DNA from: an uncultured Trueperaceae bacterium
GTDB lineage: Bacteria; Deinococcota; Deinococci; Deinococcales; Trueperaceae
Direction of reading: 5' to 3'
NCBI GenBank assembly: GCA_963799485.1
Contig: CAWCXJ010000005.1
Location: forward strand, 32,001-96,000
Length of the DNA stretch: 64,000 bases
Shown here: positions 1-10,394 of the stretch, one piece after another
Numbering within the stretch: the stretch's first letter is position 1
Layout: every line of letters starts with the position of its first letter
Translations under genes and position numbers: made by a program
Notes under the pieces: generated by a model
Databases searched by the model: none
What the model was told of the DNA's origin: nothing
What the model saw: the letters and a program-made list of their open reading frames with translations, nothing else

Positions 1-505
1 CAATCTGGTTGACGGCGGGTACGGTGTTGGTTTCTTTAGCTAAGCGCTCCAAATGCTCAACTTGAAAGTTCGACACGCCGATAGACTTCGAGCGACCGTC
101 TTTTTGGAACGCCTCGAGCGTCTGCCAGGTCGAAACATAGTCGCCGTCGTACTTCGTCGGCAGGGGCCAGTGGATCAAAAACAAATCCACGTAGTCGAAC
201 CCGAGCTCTGAGAGCGTTTTGTCGAAAGCTTTTTTCGCGTCGTCGGGCCGGTGAAAACCGTTGTTGAGCTTGCTGGTGACAAAAATCTCACTGCGCTCCA
301 GACCGGAAGCGCGTACCGCTTCACCGACCTCACGCTCGTTGCCGTACATCTCGGCGGTGTCGATGTGGCGGTAGCCGACCTCGAGCGCCTTGAGCACAGC
401 CTCTACGGTATTTTCCGGTTTGATCTGAAAGACTCCGAAGCCGAGTTGCGGGATGGTGTTGCCGTCGTTTAGCGTGATGTCAGGTACATTCATCGTGGTT
501 TGCAT
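1..505 (-). CDS. Aldo/keto reductase (2,5-diketo-D-gluconate reductase-like), 3' end outside window
   Basis: Manual translation of the minus strand: MQTTMNVPDITLNDGNTIPQLGFGVFQI...GYRHIDTAEMYGNE...FVTSKL...LFLIHWP...SIGVSNF. RBS GAAAGGA upstream. Absent from the ORF track because it runs off the edge. Confidence 0.9.
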   Translation of the reverse strand, partial: MQTTMNVPDITLNDGNTIPQLGFGVFQIKPENTVEAVLKALEVGYRHIDTAEMYGNEREVGEAVRASGLERSEIFVTSKLNNGFHRPDDAKKAFDKTLSELGFDYVDLFLIHWPLPTKYDGDYVSTWQTLEAFQKDGRSKSIGVSNFQVEHLERLAKETNTVPAVNQI

Positions 506-625
506 TGTTACAGTCCTTTCGTTATCAAGCAAGGAGTCGCTTGGTTTGTCACAAACAAACACCATATTTGCACGGTCTTTAACAAAAGAACGTCAAGCTC
601 GCCACGGTTTGGGTTCGTAGTCGTA

Positions 626-2404
626 TCAAGCTGCGGATACGTCCTCTTGCCACACAAGCTCCGGTTCGGGGTGTTGCGTTTTGACCAACCGGGCATAAAG
701 GCCGTTCTGCCGTAAAAGTTCGTGGTGGGTGCCGCGCTCCTGAATCCCGCTTTCACCGAGCACCGCAATCTGGTCGGCCTTGCGGACGGTTGAAAGCCGG
801 TGGGCAATCACGAGCGTGGTGCGCCCGACCATCAGGCGCTCGAGCGCCTCCTGAATCAGCCGTTCGGTGTGGGTGTCTACAGCAGAGGTCGCTTCGTCCA
901 AGATTAAAATTGGTGCGTCCCGTAAAACCGCCCTGGCGATCGCCAAACGCTGCTTCTGCCCACCCGAAAGCTTGACGCCGCGCTCGCCGATGAGCGTGTC
1001 GTAGCCTTCCGGCAGGCTTGCAATAAACTCGGTGGCATTGGCAACTTTTGCGGCCTCCTGCACCTCCGCGTCCGAGGCGTCGGCGCGCCCGAAAAGGATA
1101 TTGTCGCGCACGGTGCCGTGAAAGAGGAATACGTCTTGCAGCACGGTGCTGATCTGGCTTCTGAGGCCTGAAAGCTCGAGGTCGCGCACATCATGCCCGT
1201 CTAACGTAATGCGTCCGCCGTTCACATCGTAAAACCGGGGGATGAGGCTGGCGAGCGTGGTTTTGCCGGCCCCGGTTGCGCCGACGAGCGCAAGCACGGA
1301 GCCTGCCGGAACGTCTAGGTTAATCCCTTCAAATACCGGCCTGTCGGCTTGATACGAGAAACTCACGTTCTCAAATCGGAGATGCCCCCGGGCGCGGCCC
1401 GGTAACTTTACGGCGTTCGGCGCGTCGGCGATGTCGGGTACTTCGTCTAAAAGTTCGGTGACGCGCTCGGCTCCGGCGACCGCCTCTTGCAACTGTTCCC
1501 AGGCGTTACTGAGCTGACGCACGGGTTGATAAAACAGCTCGAGAAAGAGAAAAAACGTCACCAAGTCGGCGACCGGCAGCGTTCCGGCGAGCGCCATTCG
1601 CCCGCCGAAAAAGATCACGACGATAACCCCGGCCCCGGCTGCCAAGTTGACGAACGGTTCAAACGTCGCCATCAGTTTAAGCGCCCTTAAGTTCGAGTCT
1701 CTAAACCGGTAGATACGCGCCCCGACCCGTTCGGATTCGGCGTGCTCGCGGGTAAAGGTCATGATTTCGCGCATTCCCGAAAGGTTGTCTTGCAGCGTCG
1801 CGTTGAGTTCGCCCAGGTCTTTTTGCCGTCTTCCGAATGCCGGGTGCCGAGCCGGGTGGACGAAGACCGCAAACCCCCACATCGAGAGCAAAATCAGCGG
1901 AATCGGCAGGAGCGTCAAAAACATCAGCGTCGGGCTCATCCAAAAGAGCGCCACGCTGACGCCCAAAAGCATAAAGACGTTGACCAGCACGTCCGGCAGC
2001 GCGTGGGCGATGAGGCGCTCGCGCAAATCCGAATCGTTGACGGTACGCGACATGAGCTGTCCGGTCTGTTTGTCTTCGTAAAACCGGAGCGAGAGTTTTT
2101 GCAGGTGATTGTACATGGTGCGGCGCACATCGGCGACGACGCCCCAGCCCGCGACGTGCGCCATGTATGAGCGGATGAACTCGAGCCCTGCTCTTGCCAG
2201 ATAAATCGCCAGCGCCACGAGCGCGAGCTGGGTGACTAAGCGGTAGGAAGATGGGCTCGAGTCGCCTTCTTGAACCGTCTTAATCAGCTGCCGAATCAGA
2301 AACGGCGCGACGAGCTGCACCCCGACGAGCAGCATCATGCTGAGGACAGTCCAGCTGAGGGCGGTGCGGTAGGGGCGGGCGAAGGTGAGAAACGATTTGA
2401 GCAT
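626..2404 (-). CDS. ABC transporter ATP-binding/permease fusion (MdlB/MsbA-like exporter)
   Basis: N-terminal TM domain, Walker A GATGAGKT, signature LSGGQKQR, Walker B ILILDEATS. Start placed at MLKSF. Confidence 0.92.
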   Translation of the reverse strand: MLKSFLTFARPYRTALSWTVLSMMLLVGVQLVAPFLIRQLIKTVQEGDSSPSSYRLVTQLALVALAIYLARAGLEFIRSYMAHVAGWGVVADVRRTMYNHLQKLSLRFYEDKQTGQLMSRTVNDSDLRERLIAHALPDVLVNVFMLLGVSVALFWMSPTLMFLTLLPIPLILLSMWGFAVFVHPARHPAFGRRQKDLGELNATLQDNLSGMREIMTFTREHAESERVGARIYRFRDSNLRALKLMATFEPFVNLAAGAGVIVVIFFGGRMALAGTLPVADLVTFFLFLELFYQPVRQLSNAWEQLQEAVAGAERVTELLDEVPDIADAPNAVKLPGRARGHLRFENVSFSYQADRPVFEGINLDVPAGSVLALVGATGAGKTTLASLIPRFYDVNGGRITLDGHDVRDLELSGLRSQISTVLQDVFLFHGTVRDNILFGRADASDAEVQEAAKVANATEFIASLPEGYDTLIGERGVKLSGGQKQRLAIARAVLRDAPILILDEATSAVDTHTERLIQEALERLMVGRTTLVIAHRLSTVRKADQIAVLGESGIQERGTHHELLRQNGLYARLVKTQHPEPELVWQEDVSAA

Positions 2405-2578
2405 CCGGTCTCCAGGTTCGTTTACCTTACCGTGGCGACGTTTCTGTGAACGTGTCGCTACGTTTACAAATCCTGCTGAGACAGCTTGAAGCCGGTTGTC
2501 GCGCCTTTGTGTAACGCTGCGTTCACCCACGCTGAATTTCGGGGTTGAGTGACTTTTGGTGCATAGGTGGTTCTGTTT

Positions 2579-3136
2579 TTAGACCCTTAGCGAGCCACGA
2601 AATCCTCTGGCGGCGTAGTAAGATTCTGCCCCGTTGTGATACACGAAGACACGACCGTAGCGGTAATCAGCAAATACGGCACCGCCGAGTTCTCTAATAT
2701 CGGCGGGTGTTTGCAGCCAGCTCGAGGTTTTCGTATCGAACGCCCCAAGTTGCTGCAACTCCCGGTACTGCGCTTCGGTTAAAAGTTCAGTTACCATAGC
2801 CGTCGCCACATCAACTGCGCTATCTTTCGGTTTGTTCTGTTTCCTCGACTCGAGCGCGTTGCGGTCGTAACAGAGACTTCTGCGACCTTTGGGGCTTTCC
2901 GCCGAGCAATCGTAAAAAACGTATTCGCCTGTCTCTTCATCAAAACCCATAACGTCGGGTTCACCGCCGGTTTTTTCCATTTCGTAGAGCGACCAGAGTT
3001 TTTCAGGCTGAGCTTCCAGCTTTGTTTGTACTGCGGCCCACTCGAGCCCTTTATGGCGATCCAGATTTTTCTCAAACCGAGTTTCCAAAGTATCGAGCAG
3101 GTTTTTACGCTGTTCTGGTGACAGTTCTTTTTTCAT
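2579..3136 (-). CDS. DUF4256 family protein
   Basis: Recognised motifs RFEKNxxRH, MExTGGEPDV, DCSAESPKGRRSLCYD, YHNGAESYYAARGFRG. Confidence 0.85.
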   Translation of the reverse strand: MKKELSPEQRKNLLDTLETRFEKNLDRHKGLEWAAVQTKLEAQPEKLWSLYEMEKTGGEPDVMGFDEETGEYVFYDCSAESPKGRRSLCYDRNALESRKQNKPKDSAVDVATAMVTELLTEAQYRELQQLGAFDTKTSSWLQTPADIRELGGAVFADYRYGRVFVYHNGAESYYAARGFRGSLRV

Positions 3137-3325
3137 GGTGTCCTTCTTGATACTTTCCCCTATCACTTTGCAGTTGAGCTAGATTTTCTGCTATCAGTTC
3201 GGCACTTCTTGCAACACAGGCATGAGAAAGAGGACGAGTGGTCGCTTGTTCAAGAAAATTCTCCTCCGGTCGGGCTTGCTACCCGCGACAGAACCGAAAC
3301 AGGGCTCGCGGCGTAAAGGGGACTA

Positions 3326-4144
3326 CTAGGGCGACCCTCTCAAAGCCTCAAACATCACCCCGACAGGTGCGTCCCGGCCCGTCCACGCGGAGAACGCCTC
3401 CGCACCCTGATAGACGAGCATCGCCAGACCGTTTTGCGTCCTTAAACCGGCGGCGGCGGCGGCGCGCAGGAGCGGCGTTTCGGCGGGCCGGTAGACGATA
3501 TCGACGACCAGCTCGCGGGGCAAGCTGCCGGGGGGCAAAGGCGAACTGTCCGGGTCATACGTCTCATGACCGACCGACGTGGTGTTGACGACCAAAGACG
3601 CGCGCCGCACCGCGCGGCCCAGGTCTTCTGGTTTGATAGCGGCGACGTTACCAAAACGCTCCAGGTCGCGCGCCAACGCTTCAGCCTTGACCGGTGTGCG
3701 GTTGGCAATACCTAAATTTGCCCCCGCGCGCAGCAGGGCGAGCCCGACCGCCCGCGCCGCGCCGCCCGCCCCCAACATCACCACGTCTTGGTCTGCCGCG
3801 TCGTAACCGCCGTCTTCGGTCAGCGCGCGCGCGAACCCGCCGATGTCGGTGTTGTGCCCGACTAGGGTACCGCCCCGGTTAAAAATCGTGTTGACCGCGC
3901 CGACTGTTTCCGCCTCGGGACTCAGCGCGTCCAAAAAGGGAACAACGGCAAGTTTGTAAGGAATCGTTACATTTGCGCCGTAAACGTGCGCCTCACGGAG
4001 CCGCCGGACGACGCCGGGCAACTCGGCCTCCGTCACCCCCAGCGCCTCGTAGTGCGCGCCCAGACCGAGCGCCTTAAACGCGGCGTTATGCATAACCGGG
4101 CTGAGGCTGTATCCGGCCTCTTCGGTGAGCAGATAGGCGTTCAT
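3326..4144 (-). CDS. aroE: Shikimate dehydrogenase
   Basis: SLSPVMHN, GANVTIPYK, GAVNT, GHNTD, LGAGGAARA, NGLAMLVYQGAEAF. Confidence 0.95.
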   Translation of the reverse strand: MNAYLLTEEAGYSLSPVMHNAAFKALGLGAHYEALGVTEAELPGVVRRLREAHVYGANVTIPYKLAVVPFLDALSPEAETVGAVNTIFNRGGTLVGHNTDIGGFARALTEDGGYDAADQDVVMLGAGGAARAVGLALLRAGANLGIANRTPVKAEALARDLERFGNVAAIKPEDLGRAVRRASLVVNTTSVGHETYDPDSSPLPPGSLPRELVVDIVYRPAETPLLRAAAAAGLRTQNGLAMLVYQGAEAFSAWTGRDAPVGVMFEALRGSP

Positions 4145-4160
4145 AGGTCTTAGTCGAGGT

Positions 4161-5192
4161 TCAAGCCGAAACAGCGCTCGAGACCTGCTCGGCGGCGCTG
4201 AGAGTACGGGCGATATCGTCGTCGGAGATTTCATAGTGGGTCACGAACCGCACCGTCTCCGGCCCGAGCGCCCCCACGCGTATCCCGAAAGACTCGAGCT
4301 GTTCGGCAAAACGCGGCGCGTCCGGCACGTGCAGATAGACCATGTTGGTCTGTACCGACTCGAGGTCGACCGATACACCCGGCAGTTCCGCCAAGCCTTC
4401 AGCGAGCCGCCGCGCGCGCCTGTGGTCATCGCCAAGCCGTCCGGACATCTCCTCAACCGCCACGATGCCCGCCGCTGCAATCACCCCGGCCTGCCGCATC
4501 CCGCCGCCCAGCATTTTACGGTAGCGGTGCGCCTCCTGAATAAACGCCCCTGACCCCAACAAAACCGTGCCGACGGGGGCAGCCAACCCTTTGGAGAGGC
4601 AGAGCGAAACCGAATCGAAGGGCGCGCACAGTTCAGCCAAGGTAGTCCCCAGCGCAGCGACCGCGTTAAAGCCTCTGGCCCCGTCCAAATGAAGCGGTAA
4701 CCCTTCTGCCTTGGCGAGCTGGCCGATTTCTCGAAGCCGTGCTAACGGCACGACCGTTCCCCCGGCCTTGTTGTGCGTATTTTCCAGCACGATTAAACCG
4801 GTCGGAGCCTGATGAATGCTGCGGTGAACCGCCGCCTGAATATCCGCGACTTCCGGCACCCCGAGCGGCGCAGGAACAGTTCTCGGCAAAACGCCGCTGA
4901 TAACCGCCATGCTGCCGAGTTCATACTCGTAGACGTGTGCGCCCTCAGGAATGATGACCTCTTGACCGCGCGTGGTGTGAACGGCAATTGCGACCTGATT
5001 GCTCATCGTCCCGCTCGGCATCAGCAGCCCGGCTTCACATCCGGCACGTTCAGCAAGCAAATCTTGCAGGCGGTTGACGGTCGGGTCTTCGGCGTACACG
5101 TCGTCGCCGACACTGGCCCGGGCCACCGCGCGGCGCATCGCGGGCGTCGGGCGGGTTACGGTGTCGGAGCGCAAATCAATAACGTCTGGCAT
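4161..5192 (-). CDS. ltaE: Low-specificity L-threonine aldolase
   Basis: IDLRSDTVT, GDDVYx[31 protein letters not shown] (PLP lysine). Confidence 0.95.
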   Translation of the reverse strand: MPDVIDLRSDTVTRPTPAMRRAVARASVGDDVYAEDPTVNRLQDLLAERAGCEAGLLMPSGTMSNQVAIAVHTTRGQEVIIPEGAHVYEYELGSMAVISGVLPRTVPAPLGVPEVADIQAAVHRSIHQAPTGLIVLENTHNKAGGTVVPLARLREIGQLAKAEGLPLHLDGARGFNAVAALGTTLAELCAPFDSVSLCLSKGLAAPVGTVLLGSGAFIQEAHRYRKMLGGGMRQAGVIAAAGIVAVEEMSGRLGDDHRRARRLAEGLAELPGVSVDLESVQTNMVYLHVPDAPRFAEQLESFGIRVGALGPETVRFVTHYEISDDDIARTLSAAEQVSSAVSA

Positions 5193-5208
5193 GGTCTACT
5201 ATACGCCG
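5193..5208. promoter_or_regulatory. Overlapping bidirectional -10 elements for leaderless ltaE and pabB
   Basis: Plus strand: TACTAT (5197-5202), 6 nt, GTG at 5209. Minus strand: TATAGT (5203-5198), 5 nt, ATG at 5192. Confidence 0.6.
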
Positions 5209-6936
5209 GTGACGCACTCCGCTCCTATCCGGTTCGACTTTGCGGGCGAGACGCTGTTTGGTAAACCCCTCGAGACCATCCAAGCCACGCGTCTAGCTGA
5301 GGTTTTAGGCGCGCTGCGGGCCGTGCAGAGGGCGAGCGAAGCGGGGCTTTACGCCGCGGGTTACGTTGCTTATGAAGCCGCGCCCGCGTTCGACAGCGCT
5401 CTCGAGACTCACCCCCCGACCGGGCAGCCGCTGGTATGGTTCGGTCTCTTTGAACGTGCGGAGCGTCCCGAGCATCATGAGGCTGAAGTTACCGGCACCG
5501 AACTGAACGACTGGAAACTCGATACTTCCGAAACCGACTACCACGCCGCTATCGCCGCCATCCGTGAAAACATCGCAGCGGGCGTGACCTATCAGGCCAA
5601 CTACACTCTCAGGCTCCGAAGCCCGAACGTCTGCCTGAACCCTTACGCCCTTTACGGCGCGCTCCGAAACCGGCACCGTCCGCCCTACGCGAGCTTTCTC
5701 GACACAGGCGAACTAAAACTCGTGTCACTCTCACCCGAACTGTTTTTTTCGCTCGCGGGCCGCACCGTAACAACTCGCCCGATGAAAGGCACGACTGCGC
5801 GCGGACGCTTTTTAGAAGAGGACGAAAGGCTCAAAACCACGCTCCGGCAGAGCCCCAAAGAACGTGCCGAAAACGTGATGATCGTCGATATGCTCCGCAA
5901 CGACCTCGGCAAAGTTGCCGTTCCCGGTTCTGTTGCCGTACCTGAGCTATTGACCCTCGAGACCTACCCGACTTTTCACACCCTGACCTCGACGATTACC
6001 GCCGAACTGCCTGAAAACGTGGGGTTGCTCGAGCTTTTCCGGGCGCTTTTCCCGTGCGGGTCGGTCACAGGCGCGCCGAAAGTCAGCACCATGCGCGTTT
6101 TACGGGGGCTCGAGGCTACTCCCAGAGGTGTCTACTGCGGCGCACTCGGTTACGTCAAACCGGGCGGCGACGCGGTATTCAGCGTTCCTATCCGCACCCT
6201 GGCGCTGACCCCCGGTGGTGCTGAATACGGCGTTGGGAGCGGCGTCACCTGGGATTCTCTGGCGGCGGCTGAATACGCAGAGCTCGCCGTAAAAGCGGCG
6301 CTCGTCACCACCCCGAGGCCGGATTTCAGTTTGCTGGAAACGCTGCGCTGGGACGGACGGCAGTTTGTCGGGTTGGCGCGTCACCTGGCGCGCGTTGCGG
6401 CGTCGGCGGCGTTTTTCGGCGTTCCCTTGCAGCTTGACGCGTTGCGCCAAGCGCTAGAGCAGCACGGTTTGGGACATCTCGGTAACACTAGACGGGTGCG
6501 GGCGCTCGTCTCCCAAACGGGCCGGGTTTACGTCGAGAGCTTGCCGCTCGCGCTGTCTGACAAATCACTTACGGTAGGGCTGGCGAAAGAGCCGGTCAAC
6601 AGCCGGGACGTATTTCTCTTTCACAAAACGACGCACCGGGCCGTTTACGACCTGCGCCGCCAGGACGCCCCGGAAGCTGACGACGTGCTGCTCTGGAACG
6701 AACGGGGAGAACTTACCGAGTTTACGGTAGGGAATCTGGTCGTCGAGCTAAACGGTGAACGACTGACGCCGCCGCGTGAGGCGGGTCTTTTGGGGGGTGT
6801 TCTGCGGCAAGCGGGGCTCGAGACCGGCGTCCTCAAAGAGAAAATACTCTACCCTGTAGACCTGACGCGGGCGACAAAGGTCTGGCGTATCAACAGCTTG
6901 CGCGGTTGGCAAACTGTGCTTATAACCGGCTTATAA
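5209..6936 (+). CDS. pabB: Aminodeoxychorismate synthase component I fused to ADC-lyase (class IV aminotransferase-like) domain
   Basis: [42 protein letters not shown], then LLETLRW...HKTT...ELTEFTVGN...GLLGGVLR. Start placed at GTG 5209 (ATG 5191 is the alternative). Confidence 0.9.
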   Translation: MTHSAPIRFDFAGETLFGKPLETIQATRLAEVLGALRAVQRASEAGLYAAGYVAYEAAPAFDSALETHPPTGQPLVWFGLFERAERPEHHEAEVTGTELNDWKLDTSETDYHAAIAAIRENIAAGVTYQANYTLRLRSPNVCLNPYALYGALRNRHRPPYASFLDTGELKLVSLSPELFFSLAGRTVTTRPMKGTTARGRFLEEDERLKTTLRQSPKERAENVMIVDMLRNDLGKVAVPGSVAVPELLTLETYPTFHTLTSTITAELPENVGLLELFRALFPCGSVTGAPKVSTMRVLRGLEATPRGVYCGALGYVKPGGDAVFSVPIRTLALTPGGAEYGVGSGVTWDSLAAAEYAELAVKAALVTTPRPDFSLLETLRWDGRQFVGLARHLARVAASAAFFGVPLQLDALRQALEQHGLGHLGNTRRVRALVSQTGRVYVESLPLALSDKSLTVGLAKEPVNSRDVFLFHKTTHRAVYDLRRQDAPEADDVLLWNERGELTEFTVGNLVVELNGERLTPPREAGLLGGVLRQAGLETGVLKEKILYPVDLTRATKVWRINSLRGWQTVLITGL

Positions 6937-7951
6937 CCGTGACCCCGCGCTGGGCAAACGACCCCATCGCCGCAAGTTCCGCCCCTGCCTCGGCCAGCGT
7001 GATGGTTTTGGCGATAAGCTTTTGCGGGTTCAGCACGCCGGCGGTAATCAGCTCTAGAAGTGCCGGGTAGCTGCGTGCGGGCATTCCGTGGCTACCGAGA
7101 AGCTCGAGTTCTTTAGCAATCACCTCAGCGAGCGGGAGCGGTACGGGTTTGCCCTCCCCGAGCAGCAGCCCGACCTGCACGTGCCGCCCCTTTTTGCGTA
7201 AAGACCGCACCGAATTGCGGCAGGTTCCGGCGCTCCCGAGCGCGTCGAGCGAAAGGTGTGCGCCGCCGCCCGTCAGCGCCAAAATCTCTTTTACCGGGTG
7301 TTTTGACAAGATGGTGTGTTCAGCACCCAAAGCCTCAGCCACCACCAGTTTTTCCGCGTCGATGTCAACAGCAATCACCCTGGCCCCCAGCGCGGCGGCG
7401 ATCATCACCGCCGACAGCCCGACGCCGCCGCAGCCGTGAACCGCGACCCATTGCCCCGCCGTTACGCGTCCCTGCGCGGTAAGCGCGTGAAACGCCGTCA
7501 TAAAGCGGCAGCCCAAGCTCGCAGCTTCAGCAAAGCCGAGCGTATCAGGAAGTCTGACCAGGTTGGTCTCAGCGTAGGGAAGCGAAACGTATTCGGCAAA
7601 CCCGCCCCAACCTGAAAAGCCCGGTTGATACTCATGGTGGCAGAGGTGTGAGGCACCCTCGGCGCACATCTCGCAAAGGCCGCAGCCACAGCAAAACGGC
7701 ACCGTCACGCGCTCCCCGACCCGCCAGCTTGTTACGCCGCGCCCGAGTTCGGCGACCGTTCCGGCGAGTTCGTGACCGGGAACGTGCGGGAGCTTGACCG
7801 TCGGGTCGTGCCCCCTCCACGCGTGCCAGTCGCTCCGGCAAACGCCGCACGCCTCGACCTGAATGACAACCCCGCCCTCCGGCGGAACGGGATCGGGAAC
7901 GGTTGTAAGCTCGAGGGGTTCCCCGAACGCGTGCATCACAGCGGCTTTCAT
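6920..7951 (-). CDS. Zinc-dependent alcohol dehydrogenase (MDR family)
   Basis: [20 protein letters not shown]...C, HGCGGVG. Confidence 0.93.
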   Translation of the reverse strand: MKAAVMHAFGEPLELTTVPDPVPPEGGVVIQVEACGVCRSDWHAWRGHDPTVKLPHVPGHELAGTVAELGRGVTSWRVGERVTVPFCCGCGLCEMCAEGASHLCHHEYQPGFSGWGGFAEYVSLPYAETNLVRLPDTLGFAEAASLGCRFMTAFHALTAQGRVTAGQWVAVHGCGGVGLSAVMIAAALGARVIAVDIDAEKLVVAEALGAEHTILSKHPVKEILALTGGGAHLSLDALGSAGTCRNSVRSLRKKGRHVQVGLLLGEGKPVPLPLAEVIAKELELLGSHGMPARSYPALLELITAGVLNPQKLIAKTITLAEAGAELAAMGSFAQRGVTVISRL

Positions 7952-8040
7952 GGGTAGTGTCTCCTAGAGGGTCGTATTAAAACCGATTAGACTGTGCGAA
8001 CAGGCAAAAAATCATGGCGGAAGAGCGCGGCTCGAGCCCC

Positions 8041-8706
8041 TCAGCTCGTTTCGGTTGCGCCCCGGCGAAAACGCTGTGCCATCACCCTTTGAAACGTCTC
8101 GGTATCGTTTACATGCGGAAACGGCGTCTCCGGCACCGCTACCCCCAAAAAGCGGCAGAGCGGTTCCCAACCCTCTTTAACCTCGTAAACGAGCAGCTTT
8201 TCAGGCGGCACGGCGCGCTTGACCTCTGCGATATGCCGTTCAAAGACCGCGATGGCGTGCGCTTTGTCGTGTTCTTTACCGCCAAACGTTCTTCTGGAAA
8301 TCAAACGGATGACGACCCAGAGCGAGCGCCACATCCGGGGCGTCGTCAGAAGTTGCCAAAGTTGCCTCGGCCCGCCGCGCGACGCCGTAAAAATCGTCTC
8401 GCTGGCGCTCTTGTACCAGCGCTCGGAATCGCGGACGCTCAAGACGACCTTGGCGTCCGGATACTGCGCCATCAGTTCCCGGTAAAAGGTGCACCCGGGC
8501 CAGTCTACTATCGCCTGATAGCCGCTAAACAGCTCGTCCCACGCGACGTTTTTGCCCTTTAGCGCGGCGTCCCAGTAGCGCGCGTGTTCGGGGTGTTCCA
8601 TAAACTCGAACATGTGGTAGCACCTGCTAAAACCGAGGGTCTCGAGGGCCTCTTTCAAGGACGCCGTACCCGTTCTGCCGAAACCTGCACCGATAACTTT
8701 CACCAT
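8041..8706 (-). CDS. Sulfotransferase-family (P-loop) protein
   Basis: KVIGAGFGRTGTASLKEAL, CYHM, DWP, YPDAKVVLSVRD, GWEPLCRFL, PFPHVN. Confidence 0.88.
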   Translation of the reverse strand: MVKVIGAGFGRTGTASLKEALETLGFSRCYHMFEFMEHPEHARYWDAALKGKNVAWDELFSGYQAIVDWPGCTFYRELMAQYPDAKVVLSVRDSERWYKSASETIFTASRGGPRQLWQLLTTPRMWRSLWVVIRLISRRTFGGKEHDKAHAIAVFERHIAEVKRAVPPEKLLVYEVKEGWEPLCRFLGVAVPETPFPHVNDTETFQRVMAQRFRRGATETS

Positions 8707-8805
8707 GTACCAAGTCTGCTTCAATAAACAAGTGTGCGTATAGGTGTGCGCTACGCTCCGCTTTACGGGCAACCACAAACCAGCCGCTCAGGTAGAGTAG
8801 CGGAG

Positions 8806-9819
8806 ATGAAACTCGCCATGCTCGCGCCTATCGCGTGGCGCGTCCCGCCCCGGCACTACGGCCCGTGGGAACGCGTCGTCTCGCTCTTAACCGAAGGGTT
8901 GGTCGCAGCGGGCGTAGACGTGACGCTCTTCGCCACTGCCGATTCGGAGACCCGCGCGACCCTCTCGGCAGTCGTGCCGCGCCCTTACGAAGAGGACAAA
9001 ACGCTCAACGTCAAGGTCTGGGAAGGCTTGCACCTCGCCAACGTGTTCGAGCAAGCCGGACAGTTCGATCTCATCCACAACCACTACGACTTTTTGCCGC
9101 TGACCTATAGCAGCCTTGTCTCGACGCCCGTGCTCACGACCATTCACGGTTTTTCTTCTGAAAGCATCGTACCGGCTTATAAACGCTACGACGCTTCTAC
9201 CCACTACGTCGCCATCAGCGACGCCGACCGTCACCCCGAACTGACCTACGCGGCGACCATCTATCATGGTATCGACCTGAGCGAATTTACCTTTCGTGAG
9301 GTTCCCGATGATTATCTGCTCTTTTTCGGACGTATCCACCCCGACAAGGGCGCAGCGGACGCCGTCGGCGTCGCAAAGCAGACCGGCAAACGGCTTATCC
9401 TTGCAGGCATCGTCCAAGACGAGGGTTACTTTGCACGCGACATCGAGCCGCACCTTAACGAACGCGTTCGCTACGTCGGGTCGGTCGGCCCGGCTGAACG
9501 CGACCGGCTTTTAGGCGGCGCTACCGCGCTTTTACACCTCATTCATTTCGGTGAACCGTTCGGCCTCAGCATGGTCGAGGCGTTAGCGTGCGGGACGCCG
9601 GTCATCGCCACGCGGCGCGGGTCGGTGCCGGAGATCGTGCAGGACGGCGTCAACGGGTTTACTGTGCACAATGTAGACGAGGCAGTCAGAGCCGTTGAAA
9701 AGTTGGGCGAAGTGTCCAGGGCTCGAGTCCGCGAGTACGCCGAAGCGCATTTCAGCCGGGAGCGGATGGTCAGAGATTATCTACGGGTGTACGAAAAGAT
9801 TTTGGCGCGTAAAAACTGA
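8806..9819 (+). CDS. Glycosyltransferase family 4 protein
   Basis: VPPRHYGPWE, FFGRIHPDKG, EPFGLSMVEALACGTPVI. TAGAGT -10 just upstream of the ATG. Confidence 0.92.
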   Translation: MKLAMLAPIAWRVPPRHYGPWERVVSLLTEGLVAAGVDVTLFATADSETRATLSAVVPRPYEEDKTLNVKVWEGLHLANVFEQAGQFDLIHNHYDFLPLTYSSLVSTPVLTTIHGFSSESIVPAYKRYDASTHYVAISDADRHPELTYAATIYHGIDLSEFTFREVPDDYLLFFGRIHPDKGAADAVGVAKQTGKRLILAGIVQDEGYFARDIEPHLNERVRYVGSVGPAERDRLLGGATALLHLIHFGEPFGLSMVEALACGTPVIATRRGSVPEIVQDGVNGFTVHNVDEAVRAVEKLGEVSRARVREYAEAHFSRERMVRDYLRVYEKILARKN

Positions 9820-9840
9820 AACGTTCAAGCCAAAACTATG

Positions 9841-9955
9841 CCGGAGCCGATTCCATAGCAGGTGCGTACGGTACTCACGGATAACGGCACGCCGCTTACC
9901 AACCGTCAAAAAGACCAGCTTGCGTTTGCCCACAGCTGCGGCCGGGTGTGTGCAA
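9841..9955 (+). mobile_element. Small IS481-family transposase remnant
   Basis: Frame reads IP*QVRTVLTDNGTPLTNRQKDQLAFAHSCGRVC, resembling the IS481 integrase-core segment (PYxIHTVLTDNGxQFTNR..AFxHxFDRVC). Contains an in-frame stop and is truncated on both sides. Confidence 0.55.
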
Positions 9956-10394
9956 CACGACCGGTGGCAAACCGCCCCATCACAACGGCGTGTTTTACAT
10001 GGTCTACACCTTCGCCGAACGGCTCCGGGCTTTGGACGCTGAAACCGGCAAAGTCTCGTCTTTTGCCGAAGAACCTGCCTACAACAAGACGGGTACTATC
10101 CGCCAACGGTCAAATTCTCGTCTGGGGTGACGACTTGACAGCCTGTAAACCTGTTCGCCGGCAGTTTTCGGCAAGGCTCGGTGTTGTTCGGCTGTACCTT
10201 GCCGATTTCGAAGGTTACAAAGCGGCGAGAACGGTACAGCGCCGTAAAAACAGTTGGGTGTACCTGAAAAGGTAGAGCCGGGTCGAGGCCCGGAGCTCGT
10301 CTCGGCTTGTGCTTTTACGCCTCATGAAAAAGCAGAGGTTTACGGAAACCGCACAAGCGGGTGCTTTCAAACTTCCGGTGAGCTACACTGTCGC

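Noticed and set aside
1839..1860. In-frame 12-bp-period duplication (HPARHPA) in the ABC transporter
   Set aside because: The frame is preserved and it is probably another short duplication with no separate significance.
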